Positions 1-13,100 of a DNA stretch of 64,000 bases are shown here, piece after piece. The position numbers and the translations under genes are program-made. The stretch is taken from the NCBI GenBank assembly GCA_043228905.1, contig JBHGNT010000061.1, positions 89,505-153,504 on the forward strand, in the 5' to 3' direction. The notes under the pieces were generated by a model. That model was not told the origin of the DNA and ran no database searches. It saw only the letters and a program-made list of their open reading frames with translations. Source of the stretch: Azolla caroliniana. Lineage: Eukaryota; Plantae; Polypodiophyta. Numbering within the stretch: the stretch's first letter is position 1; every line of letters starts with the position of its first letter.

Positions 1-2700
1 TACCAAATTTGAGGAGGGAGTTGAGAAGAGCGCGTGAGTAAATTAAAATGTTCATACCTGGCTCGTGTGATCCCGAATTTTTGTGTTCAAAGATGCAAAT
101 CGAAGCTAATAACGCTACCTATAATATGGAATTAAAAAACGAACATTTTGAAACTCAGGTCGAGAGACATGAAGAAATTGGCAAGTTAGAAGAGGGTGTT
201 GAGAAGAGCCCGTGAGTAAATTAAAATGTTCATACCTGGCCTATGTGATATCGGATTTTCGTGTTCAAACCTGCGATTCGAAGCTAACAACGCTACCTAT
301 GATATCGAATTAAAAAATCAAGATTTTGAAACTTAGGTCGAGAGACATGAAGAAATTACCAAATTTGAGAAGGGAGTTGAGAAGAGCGCGTGAGTAAATT
401 AAAATGTTCATACCTGGCTCGTGTGATCCCGAATTTTTGTGTTCAAAAATGCGAATCGAAGCTAACAACACTAGCTATGATATAGAATCAAGAAATCCAG
501 ATTTTGAAACTCAGGTCGAGAGACATGAAGAAATTGGCGAGTTAGAAGAGGGAGTTGAGAACAGCCCGTGAGTAAATTAAAATGTTTATACCTGGCCTAT
601 GTGATATCGGATTTTTGTGTTCAAAGATGCGAATCGAAGCTAACAACCCTAGCTATGATATAAAATTAAAAAATCAAGTTTTTGAAACTCAGGTCGAGAG
701 ACATGAAGAAATTACCAAATTTGAGGAGGGAGTTGAGAAGAGCGCGTGAGTAAATTAAAATGTTCATACCTGGCTCGTGTGATCCCGAATTTTTGTGTTC
801 AAAGATGCGAATCGAAGCTAACAATGCTACCTATGATATAGAATTAAAAAACGAACATTTTGAAACTTAGGTCGAGAGACATGAAGAAATTACCAAATTT
901 GAGAAGGGAGTTGAGAAGAGCGCGTGAGTAAATTAAAATGTTCATACCTGGCTCGTGTGATCCCGAATTTTTGTGTTCAAAAATGCGAATCGAAGCTAAC
1001 AACACTAGCTATGATATAGAATCAAGAAATCTAGATTTTGAAACTCAGGTCGAGAGACATGAAGAATTTGGCGAGTTAGAAGAGGAAGTTGAGAACAGCC
1101 CGTGAGTAAATTAAAATGTTCATACCTGGCCTATGTGATATCGGATTTTTGTGTTCAAACCTGCGATTCGAAGCTAACAACGCTACCTATGATATGGATT
1201 TAAAAAATCAAGATTTTGAAACTCAGGTCGAGAGACATGAAGAAATTACCAAATTTGAGGAGGGAGTTGAGAAGAGCGCGTGAGTAAATTAAAATGTTCA
1301 TACCTGGCTCGTGTGATCCCGAATTTTTGTGTTCAAAGATGCGAATCGAAGCTAATAACGCTACCTATAATATGGAATTAAAAAACGAACATTTTGAAAC
1401 TCAGGTCGAGAGACATGAAGAAATTGGCAAGTTAGAAGAGGGTGTTGAGAAGAGCCCGTGAGTAAATTAAAATGTTCATACCTGGCCTATGTGATATCGG
1501 ATTTTCGTGTTCAAACCTGCGATTCGAAGCTAACAACGCTACCTATGATATCGAATTAAAAAATCAAGATTTTGAAACTCAGGTCGAGAGACATGAAGAA
1601 ATTACCAAATTTGAGAAGGGAGTTGAGAAGAGCGCGTGAGTAAATTAAAATGTTCATACCTGGCTCGTGTGATCCCGAATTTTTGTGTTCAAAAATGCGA
1701 ATCGAAGCTAACAACACTAGCTATGATATAGAATCAAGAAATCCAGATTTTGAAACTCAGGTCGAGAGACATGAAGAAATTGGCGAGTTAGAAGAGGGAG
1801 TTGAGAACAGCCCGTGAGTAAATTAAAATGTTTATACCTGGCCTATGTGATATCGGATTTTTGTGTTCAAAGATGCGAATCGAAGCTAACAACCCTAGCT
1901 ATGATATAAAATTAAAAAATCAAGTTTTTGAAACTCAGGTCGAGAGACATGAAGAAATTACCAAATTTGAGGAGGGAGTTGAGAAGAGCGCGTGAGTAAA
2001 TTAAAATGTTCATACCTGGCTCGTGTGATCCCGAATTTTTGTGTTCAAAGATGCGAATCGAAGCTAACAATGCTACCTATGATATAGAATTAAAAAACGA
2101 ACATTTTGAAACTTAGGTCGAGAGACATGAAGAAATTACCAAATTTGAGAAGGGAGTTGAGAAGAGCGCGTGAGTAAATTAAAATGTTCATACCTGGCTC
2201 GTGTGATCCCGAATTTTTGTGTTCAAAAATGCGAATCGAAGCTAACAACACTAGCTATGATATAGAATCAAGAAATCTAGATTTTGAAACTCAGGTCGAG
2301 AGACATGAAGAATTTGGCGAGTTAGAAGAGGGAGTTGAGAACAGCCCGTGAGTAAATTAAAATGTTCATACCTGGCCTATGTGATATCGGATTTTTGTGT
2401 TCAAACCTGCGATTCGAAGCTAACAACGCTACCTATGATATGGATTTAAAAAATCAAGATTTTGAAACTCAGGTCGAGAGACATGAAGAAATTACCAAAT
2501 TTGAGGAGGGAGTTGAGAAGAGCGCGTGAGTAAATTAAAATGTTCATACCTGGCTCGTGTGATCCCGAATTTTTGTGTTCAAAGATGCGAATCGAAGCTA
2601 ATAACGCTACCTATAATATGGAATTAAAAAACGAACATTTTGAAACTCAGGTCGAGAGACATGAAGAAATTGGCAAGTTAGAAGAGGGTGTTGAGAAGAG
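1..2700 (+). repeat. 7-mer higher-order repeat (1246 bp), two full copies plus the start of a third; another copy lies at ~5600-6960
   Basis: The variant monomer CTAATAACGCTACCTATAATATGGAATTAAAAAACGAACATT occurs in monomers starting at 1, 1247 and 2493 (7x178). The intervening variants (GAACAGCCC, ATGTTTATAC, ATCTAGA) repeat in the same order. Confidence 0.9.
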
Positions 2701-5700
2701 CCTGTGAGTAAATTAAAATGTTCATACCTAGCTCGTGTGATATCGGATTTTTGTGTTCAAAGATGCGATTCGAAGCTAACAACGCTACCTATAATATGGA
2801 ATTAAGAAATCAAGATTTTGAAACTCAGGTCGAGAGACATGAAGAAATTACCAAATTTGACGAGGGAGTTGAGAAGAGGGCGTGAGTAAATTAAAATGTT
2901 CATACCTGGCTCGTGTGATCCCGCATTTCTGTGTTCAAAGATGTGAATCGAAGCTAACAATGCTAGCTATGATATAGAATTAAAAAATCAAGATTTTGAA
3001 ACTCAGGTCGACGGACATGAAGAAATTACCAAATTTGACGAGGGAGTTGAGAAGAGCGCGTGAGTAAATTAAAATGTTCATACCTGGCTCTTGTGATCCC
3101 AAATTTTTGTGTTCAAAGATGCGAATCGAAGCTAACAACACTAGCTATGATATAGAATCAAAATATCCAGATTTTGAAACTCAGGTCGACAGACATGAAG
3201 AAATTGGCAAGTTAGAAGAGGGATTTGAGAAGAGCCTGTGAGTAAATTAAAATGTTCATACCTGGCTCGTGTGATCCTGGATTTTTGTGTTCAAAGATGC
3301 CAAATCGAAGTTAACAACACTGGCTATGATGTAGAATAAAAAAATCAAGATTTTAAAACTCAGTTCGAGAGACATTAAGAAATTGGCAAGTTAGAAGAGG
3401 GAGTTGAGAAGAGCGCGTGAGTAAATTAAAATGTTCATACCTGGCTCGTGTAATATCGGATTTTTGTGTTCAAACATGGGAATTGAAGCTAACAACGTTA
3501 CCTATGATATGGAATGAAAAAATCAAGATTTTGAAACTCAGGTCGAGAGACATGAAGAAATTACCAAATTGGAGGAGGGAGTTGAGAAGAGCGCGTGAGT
3601 AAATTAAAATGTTCATACCTGGCTCGTGTTTTCCCGGATTTCTGTGTTCAAAGATGCGAATCGAAACTAACAGTGCTACCTATGATATGGAATTTAAAAA
3701 TCAAGATTTTGAAACTCAGGTCGAGAGACATGAAGAAATTACCAAATTTGAGGAGGGAGTTGAGAAGAGCGCGTGAGTAAATTAAAATGTTCATATCTAG
3801 CTCGTGTAATATCAGATTTTTGTGTTCAAAGATGCAAATGGAAGGTACCAATGCTACCTATAATATGGAAATAAAAAATCGAGGTTTTGAAAGTCACGTC
3901 AAGAGATATAAAGAAAGTACCAAATTTGAGCAAGAGGTTGAGAAGAGCCCGTGAGTAAATTAAAATGATCATACCTGGCCCATGTGATCTTGGATTTTAG
4001 TGTTCAAAGATGCGAATCGAAGCTAACGACGTTACATACAATATGGAATTAAAAAATCGAAATTTTGAAACTCAGGTCGAGAGACATGAAGAAATTGGCA
4101 AGTTAGAAGAGGGAGTTGAGAAGAGCGCCTGAGTAAATTAAAATGTTCATACCTGGCCCATGTGATCCCGGATTTCTGTATTCAAAGTTGCGAATCCTAG
4201 CTAACAACACTAGCTATGATATAGAATCAAAAAATCAAGATTTTGAAACTCATGTCAAGAAACATGAAGAAATTACCAAATTTGAGGAGGGTGTTGAGAA
4301 GAGCGCATGAGTAAATTAAAATGTTCATACCTAGCTTGTGTGATATCGGATATTTGTGTTCAAACATGCGAATCGAAGCTAAAAACGCTACCTATGATAT
4401 CGAATTAAAAAATCAAGATTTTGAAACTCAGGTCGAGAGACATGAAGAAATTACCAAATTTGACAAGGGAGTTGAGAAGAGCGCGTGAGTAAATTAAAAT
4501 GTTCATACCTGGCTCGTGTCATATCGGATTTCTGTGTTCAAACATACGAATCGAAGCTAACCACACTACCTATGATATAGAATCAAAAAATCAAAATTCT
4601 GAAACTCAGGTCGAGGGACATGAAGAAATTACCAAATTTGACGAGCGAGTCGAGAAGAGCGCGTGAGTAAATTAAAATGTTCATACCTTGCTCGTGTGAT
4701 CCCGAATTTTTGTGTTTAAAGATGCGAATCGAAGCTAACAACACTAGCTATGATATAGAATGAAGAAATCGAGATTTTGAAACTCAGGTCGAGAGACATG
4801 AAGAAATTACCAAATTTGAGGACGGAGTTGAGAAGAGCGCGTGAGTAAATTAAAATGTTCATACCTGGCTCGTGTCATATCGGATTTTTGTGTTCAAACA
4901 TGCGAATCGAAGCTAACAACACTAGCTATGATATAGAATCAAAAAATCAAGATTCTGAAACTCAGGTCGAGTGACATGAAGAAATTACCAAATTTGACGA
5001 GGGAGTTGAGAAGAGCGCGTGATTAAATTAAAATGTTCATACCTGGCTCCTGTGGTCCCGAATTTTTGTGTTCAAAGATGCGAATCGAAGCTAACAACCC
5101 TAGCTATGATATAGAATGAAGAAATCGAGATTTTGAAACTCAGGTCGAGAGACATGAAGAAATTGGCAAGTTAGAAGAGGGAGTTGAGAAGAGCGCGTGA
5201 GTAAATTAAAATGTTCATACCTGGCTCGTGTCATCCCAGATTTTTGTGTTCAAAGATGCGAATCGAAGCTAACAACACTAGCTATGATATAGAATTAAAA
5301 AATCAAGATTTTGAAACTCAGGTCGAGAGACATGAAGAAATTACCAAATTTGACGAGGGAGTTGAGAAGAGCGCGTGAGTAAATTAAAATGTTCATACCT
5401 GGCTCGTGTGCTATCGGATTTCTATACTCAAACATGCGAATCGAAGCTAACAACGCTACCTATGATATGGAATTAAAAAATCAAGATTTTGAAACTCAGG
5501 TCGAGAGACATGAAGAAATTACCAAATTTGACGAGGGAGTTGAGAAGAGCGCGTGAGTAAATTAAAATGTTCATACCTGGCTCGTGTGGTATCGGATTTT
5601 AGTGTTCAAAGATGCGAATCGAAGCTAATAACGCTACCTATAATATGGAATTAAAAAACGAACATTTTGAAACTCAGGTCGAGAGACATGAAGAAATTGG

Positions 5701-8700
5701 CAAGTTAGAAGAGGGTGTTGAGAAGAGCCCGTGAGTAAATTAAAATGTTCATACCTGGCCTATGTGATATCGGATTTTCGTGTTCAAACCTGCGATTCGA
5801 AGCTAACAACGCTACCTATGATATCGAATTAAAAAATCAAGATTTTGAAACTCAGGTCGAGAGACATGAAGAAATTACCAAATTTGAGAAGGGAGTTGAG
5901 AAGAGCGCGTGAGTAAATTAAAATGTTCATACCTGGCTCGTGTGATCCCGAATTTTTGTGTTCAAAAATGCGAATCGAAGCTAACAACACTAGCTATGAT
6001 ATAGAATCAAGAAATCCAGATTTTGAAACTCGGGTCGAGAGACATGAAGAAATTGGCGAGTTAGAAGAGGGAGTTGAGAACAGCCCGTGAGTAAATTAAA
6101 ATGTTTATACCTGGCCTATGTGATATCGGATTTTTGTGTTCAAAGATGCGAATCGAAGCTAACAACCCTAGCTATGATATAAAATTAAAAAATCAAGTTT
6201 TTGAAACTCAGGTCGAGAGACATGAAGAAATTACCAAATTTGAGGAGGGAGTTGAGAAGAGCGCGTGAGTAAATTAAAATGTTCATACCTGGCTCGTGTG
6301 ATCCCGAATTTTTGTGTTCAAAGATGCGAATCGAAGCTAACAATGCTACCTATGATATAGAATTAAAAAACGAACATTTTGAAACTTAGGTCGAGAGACA
6401 TGAAGAAATTACCAAATTTGAGAAGGGAGTTGAGAAGAGCGCGTGAGTAAATTAAAATGTTCATACCTGGCTCGTGTGATCCCGAATTTTTGTGTTCAAA
6501 AATGCGAATCGAAGCTAACAACACTAGCTATGATATAGAATCAAGAAATCTAGATTTTGAAACTCAGGTCGAGAGACATGAAGAATTTGGCGAGTTAGAA
6601 GAGGGAGTTGAGAACAGCCCGTGAGTAAATTAAAATGTTCATACCTGGCCTATGTGATATCGGATTTTTGTGTTCAAACCTGCGATTCGAAGCTAACAAC
6701 GCTACCTATGATATGGATTTAAAAAATCAAGATTTTGAAACTCAGGTCGAGAGACATGAAGAAATTACCAAATTTGAGGAGGGAGTTGAGAAGAGCGCGT
6801 GAGTAAATTAAAATGTTCATACCTGGCTCGTGTGATCCCGAATTTTTGTGTTCAAAGATGCGAATCGAAGCTAATAACGCTACCTATAATATGGAATTAA
6901 AAAACGAACATTTTGAAACTCAGGTCGAGAGACATGAAGAAATTGGCAAGTTAGAAGAGGGTGTTGAGAAGAGCCTGTGAGTAAATTAAAATGTTCATAC
7001 CTAGCTCGTGTGATATCGGATTTTTGTGTTCAAAGATGCGATTCGAAGCTAACAACGCTACCTATAATATGGAATTAAGAAATCAAGATTTTGAAACTCA
7101 GGTCGAGAGACATGAAGAAATTACCAAATTTGACGAGGGAGTTGAGAAGAGGGCGTGAGTAAATTAAAATGTTCATACCTGGCTCGTGTGATCCCGCATT
7201 TCTGTGTTCAAAGATGTGAATCGAAGCTAACAATGCTAGCTATGATATAGAATTAAAAAATCAAGATTTTGAAACTCAGGTCGACGGACATGAAGAAATT
7301 ACCAAATTTGACGAGGGAGTTGAGAAGAGCGCGTGAGTAAATTAAAATGTTCATACCTGGCTCTTGTGATCCCAAATTTTTGTGTTCAAAGATGCGAATC
7401 GAAGCTAACAACACTAGCTATGATATAGAATCAAAATATCCAGATTTTGAAACTCAGGTCGACAGACATGAAGAAATTGGCAAGTTAGAAGAGGGATTTG
7501 AGAAGAGCCTGTGAGTAAATTAAAATGTTCATACCTGGCTCGTGTGATCCTGGATTTTTGTGTTCAAAGATGCCAAATCGAAGTTAACAACACTGGCTAT
7601 GATGTAGAATAAAAAAATCAAGATTTTAAAACTCAGTTCGAGAGACATTAAGAAATTGGCAAGTTAGAAGAGGGAGTTGAGAAGAGCGCGTGAGTAAATT
7701 AAAATGTTCATACCTGGCTCGTGTAATATCGGATTTTTGTGTTCAAACATGGGAATTGAAGCTAACAACGTTACCTATGATATGGAATGAAAAAATCAAG
7801 ATTTTGAAACTCAGGTCGAGAGACATGAAGAAATTACCAAATTGGAGGAGGGAGTTGAGAAGAGCGCGTGAGTAAATTAAAATGTTCATACCTGGCTCGT
7901 GTTTTCCCGGATTTCTGTGTTCAAAGATGCGAATCGAAACTAACAGTGCTACCTATGATATGGAATTTAAAAATCAAGATTTTGAAACTCAGGTCGAGAG
8001 ACATGAAGAAATTACCAAATTTGAGGAGGGAGTTGAGAAGAGCGCGTGAGTAAATTAAAATGTTCATATCTAGCTCGTGTAATATCAGATTTTTGTGTTC
8101 AAAGATGCAAATGGAAGGTACCAATGCTACCTATAATATGGAAATAAAAAATCGAGGTTTTGAAAGTCACGTCAAGAGATATAAAGAAAGTACCAAATTT
8201 GAGCAAGAGGTTGAGAAGAGCCCGTGAGTAAATTAAAATGATCATACCTGGCCCATGTGATCTTGGATTTTAGTGTTCAAAGATGCGAATCGAAGCTAAC
8301 GACGTTACATACAATATGGAATTAAAAAATCGAAATTTTGAAACTCAGGTCGAGAGACATGAAGAAATTGGCAAGTTAGAAGAGGGAGTTGAGAAGAGCG
8401 CCTGAGTAAATTAAAATGTTCATACCTGGCCCATGTGATCCCGGATTTCTGTATTCAAAGTTGCGAATCCTAGCTAACAACACTAGCTATGATATAGAAT
8501 CAAAAAATCAAGATTTTGAAACTCATGTCAAGAAACATGAAGAAATTACCAAATTTGAGGAGGGTGTTGAGAAGAGCGCATGAGTAAATTAAAATGTTCA
8601 TACCTAGCTTGTGTGATATCGGATATTTGTGTTCAAACATGCGAATCGAAGCTAAAAACGCTACCTATGATATCGAATTAAAAAATCAAGATTTTGAAAC

Positions 8701-9914
8701 TCAGGTCGAGAGACATGAAGAAATTACCAAATTTGACAAGGGAGTTGAGAAGAGCGCGTGAGTAAATTAAAATGTTCATACCTGGCTCGTGTCATATCGG
8801 ATTTCTGTGTTCAAACATACGAATCGAAGCTAACCACACTACCTATGATATAGAATCAAAAAATCAAAATTCTGAAACTCAGGTCGAGGGACATGAAGAA
8901 ATTACCAAATTTGACGAGCGAGTCGAGAAGAGCGCGTGAGTAAATTAAAATGTTCATACCTTGCTCGTGTGATCCCGAATTTTTGTGTTTAAAGATGCGA
9001 ATCGAAGCTAACAACACTAGCTATGATATAGAATGAAGAAATCGAGATTTTGAAACTCAGGTCGAGAGACATGAAGAAATTACCAAATTTGAGGACGGAG
9101 TTGAGAAGAGCGCGTGAGTAAATTAAAATGTTCATACCTGGCTCGTGTCATATCGGATTTTTGTGTTCAAACATGCGAATCGAAGCTAACAACACTAGCT
9201 ATGATATAGAATCAAAAAATCAAGATTCTGAAACTCAGGTCGAGTGACATGAAGAAATTACCAAATTTGACGAGGGAGTTGAGAAGAGCGCGTGATTAAA
9301 TTAAAATGTTCATACCTGGCTCCTGTGGTCCCGAATTTTTGTGTTCAAAGATGCGAATCGAAGCTAACAACCCTAGCTATGATATAGAATGAAGAAATCG
9401 AGATTTTGAAACTCAGGTCGAGAGACATGAAGAAATTGGCAAGTTAGAAGAGGGAGTTGAGAAGAGCGCGTGAGTAAATTAAAATGTTCATACCTGGCTC
9501 GTGTCATCCCAGATTTTTGTGTTCAAAGATGCGAATCGAAGCTAACAACACTAGCTATGATATAGAATTAAAAAATCAAGATTTTGAAACTCAGGTCGAG
9601 AGACATGAAGAAATTACCAAATTTGACGAGGGAGTTGAGAAGAGCGCGTGAGTAAATTAAAATGTTCATACCTGGCTCGTGTGCTATCGGATTTCTATAC
9701 TCAAACATGCGAATCGAAGCTAACAACGCTACCTATGATATGGAATTAAAAAATCAAGATTTTGAAACTCAGGTCGAGAGACATGAAGAAATTACCAAAT
9801 TTGACGAGGGAGTTGAGAAGAGCGCGTGAGTAAATTAAAATGTTCATACCTGGCTCGTGTGGTATCGGATTTTAGTGTTCAAAGATGCGAATCGAAGCTA
9901 ATAACGCTACCTAT
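1329..9914 (+). repeat. Tandem duplication of a 24-monomer block (4273 bp)
   Basis: Identical ORF translations at 3417/7690, 3595/7868 and 3648/7921 are offset by 4273 = 24x178+1. The extra base is the GATGCCAAATCG insertion at ~3301/7574, present in both copies. Confidence 0.93.
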
Positions 9915-10149
9915 GATATGGAATTAAAAAATCGACATTTTGAAACTCAGGTCAAGAGACATGAAGAAATTACCAAATTTGAGGAGGGAGTTGAGAAGAG
10001 CGCGTGAGTAAATTAAAATGTTCATACCTGGCTCGTGTGATCCCGGATTTCTGTGTTCAAAGATGCGAATCGAAGCTAACAACCCTAGCTATGATATAGA
10101 ATGAAGAAATCGAGATTTTGAAACTCAGGTCGAGAGACATGAAGAAATT

Positions 10150-13100
10150 GGCAAGTTAGAAGAGGGAGTTGAGAAGAGCGCGTGAGTAAATTAAAATGTT
10201 CATACCTGGCTCGTGTCATCCCAGATTTTTGTGTTCAAAGATGCGAATCGAAGCTAACAACACTAGCTATGATATAGAATTAAAAAATCAAGATTTTGAA
10301 ACTCAGGTCGAGAGACATGAAGAAATTACCAAATTTGACGAGGGAGTTGAGAAGAGCGCGTGAGTAAATTAAAATGTTCATACCTGGCTCGTGTGCTATC
10401 GGATTTCTATACTCAAACATGCGAATCGAAGCTAACAACACTACCTATGATATGGAATTAAAAATTCAAGATTTTGAAACTCAGGTCGAGAGACATGAAG
10501 AAATTACCGAATTTGAGGAGGGAGTTGAGAAGAGCGCGTGAGTAAATTAAAATGTTCATACCTGGCTCGTGTGATATCGGATTTTAGTGTTCAAAGATGC
10601 GAATCGAAGCTAATAACGCTACCTATGATATGGAATTAAAAAATCGAGATTTTGAAACTCAGGTCGAAAGACATGAAGAAATTACCAAATTTGAGGAGGG
10701 AGTTGAGAAGAGCGCGTGAGTAAATTAAAATGTTCATACCTGGCTCGTGTGATCCCGGATTTCTGTGTTCAAAGATGCGAATCGAAGCTAACAACGCTAC
10801 CTATAATATGGAATTAAGAAATCGAGATTTTGAAACTCAGGTCGAGAGACATGAAGAAATTACCAAATTTGAAGAGGGAGTTGAGAAGAACGCGTGAGTA
10901 AATTAAAATGCTCATACCTAGCTCGTGTGATCCCGGATTTTTGTGTTCAAAGATGCTAATCGAAGCTAACAATGCTACCTATGATATGGATTTAAAAAAT
11001 CAAGATTTTAAAACTCAGGTCGAGAGACATGAAGAAATTACCAAATTTGAGGAGGGAGTTGAAAAGAGCGCGTGAGTAAATTAAAATGTTCATACGTGGC
11101 TCGTGTGATCCCGGATTTTTGTGTTCAAAGATTCGAATGGAAGCAAACAATACTAGCTATGATATAGAATCAAAAAATTAAGATTTTGAAACTCAGGTCG
11201 AGAGACATGAAGAAATTGGCAAGTTAGAAGAGGGAGTTGAGAAGAGCGCGTGAGTAAATTAAAATGTTCATACCTGGCTCGTGTGATCCCAGATTTTCGT
11301 GTTCAAAGATGCGAATCGAAGCTAACAACCCTAGCTATGATATAGAATTAAAAAATCAAGATTTTGAAACTCAGGTCGAGAGACATGAAGAAATTACCAA
11401 ATTTGACGAGGCAGTTGAGAAGAGCGCGTGAGTAAATTAAAATGTTCATACCTGGCTCGTGTGTTATCGGATTTCTATATTCAAACATGCGAATCGAAGC
11501 TAACAACGCTACCTATGATATGGAATTAAAAAATCAAGATTTTGAAACTCAGGTCGAGAGACATGAAGAAATTACCAAATTTGAGGAGGGAGTTGAGAAG
11601 AGCGCGTGAGTAAATTAAAATGTTCATACCTGGCTCGTGTGATATCGGATTTTAGTGTTCAAAGATGCGAATCGAAGCTAATAACGCTACCTATGATATG
11701 GAATTAAAAAATTGAGATTTTGAAACTCAGGTCGAGAGACATGAAGAAATTACCAAATTTGAAGAGGGAGTTGAGAAGAGCGCGTGAGTAAATTAAAATG
11801 CTCATACCTACCTCGTGTGATCCCGGATTTTTGTGTTCAAAGATGCTAATCGAAGCTAACAATGCTAGCTATGATATAGAATTAAAAAATCAAGATTTTA
11901 AAACTCAGGTCGAGAGACATGAAGAAATTACCAAATTTGAGGAGGGAGTTGAAAAGAGCGCGTGAGTAAATTAAAATGTTCATACGTGGCTCGTGTGATC
12001 CCGGATTTTTGTGTTCAAAGATTCGAATGGAAGCAAACAATACTAGTTATGATATAGAATCAAAAAATCAAGATTTTGAAACTCAGGTCGAGAGACATTA
12101 AGAAATTGGCAAGTTAGAACAGGGAGTTGAGAAGAGCGCGTGAGTAAATTAAAATGTTCATACCTGGCTCGTGTGATCCCAGATTTTTGTGTTCAAAGAT
12201 GCGAATCGAAGCTAACAACCCTAGCTATGATATAGAATTAAAAAATCAAGATTTTGAAACTCAGGTCGAGAGACATGAAGAAATTACCAAATTTGACGAG
12301 GGAGTTGAGAAGAGCGCGTGAGTAAATTAAAATGTTCATACCTGGCTCGTGTGTTATCGGATTTCTATATTCAAACATACGAATCGAAGCTAACAACGCT
12401 ACCTATGATATGGAATTAAAAAATCAAGATTTTGAAACTCAGGTCGAGAGACATGAAGAAATTACCAAATTTGAGGAGGGAGTTGAGAAGAGCGCGTGAG
12501 TAAATTAAAATGTTTATACCTGGCTCGTGTGATATCGGATTTTAGTGTTCAAAGATGCGAATCGAAGCTAATAACGCTACCTATGATATGGAATTAAAAA
12601 ATCGACATTTTGAAACTCAGGTCGAAAGGCATGAAGAAATTACCAAATTTGAGGAGGGAGTTGAGAAGAGCGCGTGAGTAAATTAAAATGTTCATACCTG
12701 GCTCGTGTGATCCCGGATTTCTGTGTTCAAAGATGTGAATCGAAGCTAACAACGCTACCTATAATATGGAATTAAGAAATCGAGATTTTGAAACTCAGGT
12801 CGAGAGACATGAAGAAATTACCAAATTTGAAGAGGGAGTTGAGAAGAGCGCGTGAGTAAATTAAAATGCTCATACCTAGCTCGTGTGATCCCGGATTTTT
12901 GTGTTCAAAGATGCTAATCGAAGCTAACAATGCTAGCTATGATATAGAATTAAAAAATCAAGATTTTAAAACTCAGGTCGAGAGACATGAAGAAATTACC
13001 AAATTTGAGGAGGGAGTTGAAAAGAGCGCGTGAGTAAATTAAAATGTTCATACGTGGCTCGTGTGATCCCGGATTTTTGTGTTTAAAGATTCGAATCGAA

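Noticed and set aside
1-178. Arabidopsis CEN178 or a CENP-B box
   Set aside because: Only the length matches. I recognise no CEN178 sequence, no consensus HindIII site (GAAGCTA rather than AAGCTT) and no CENP-B box.
3417-8124. 61-67 aa ORFs (MSKLKCSYLARV..., MVPSICIF...) as a peptide gene family
   Set aside because: They are monomer-length read-throughs caused by chance loss of a stop, often with GTG/TTG starts. They recur only because the DNA is duplicated.
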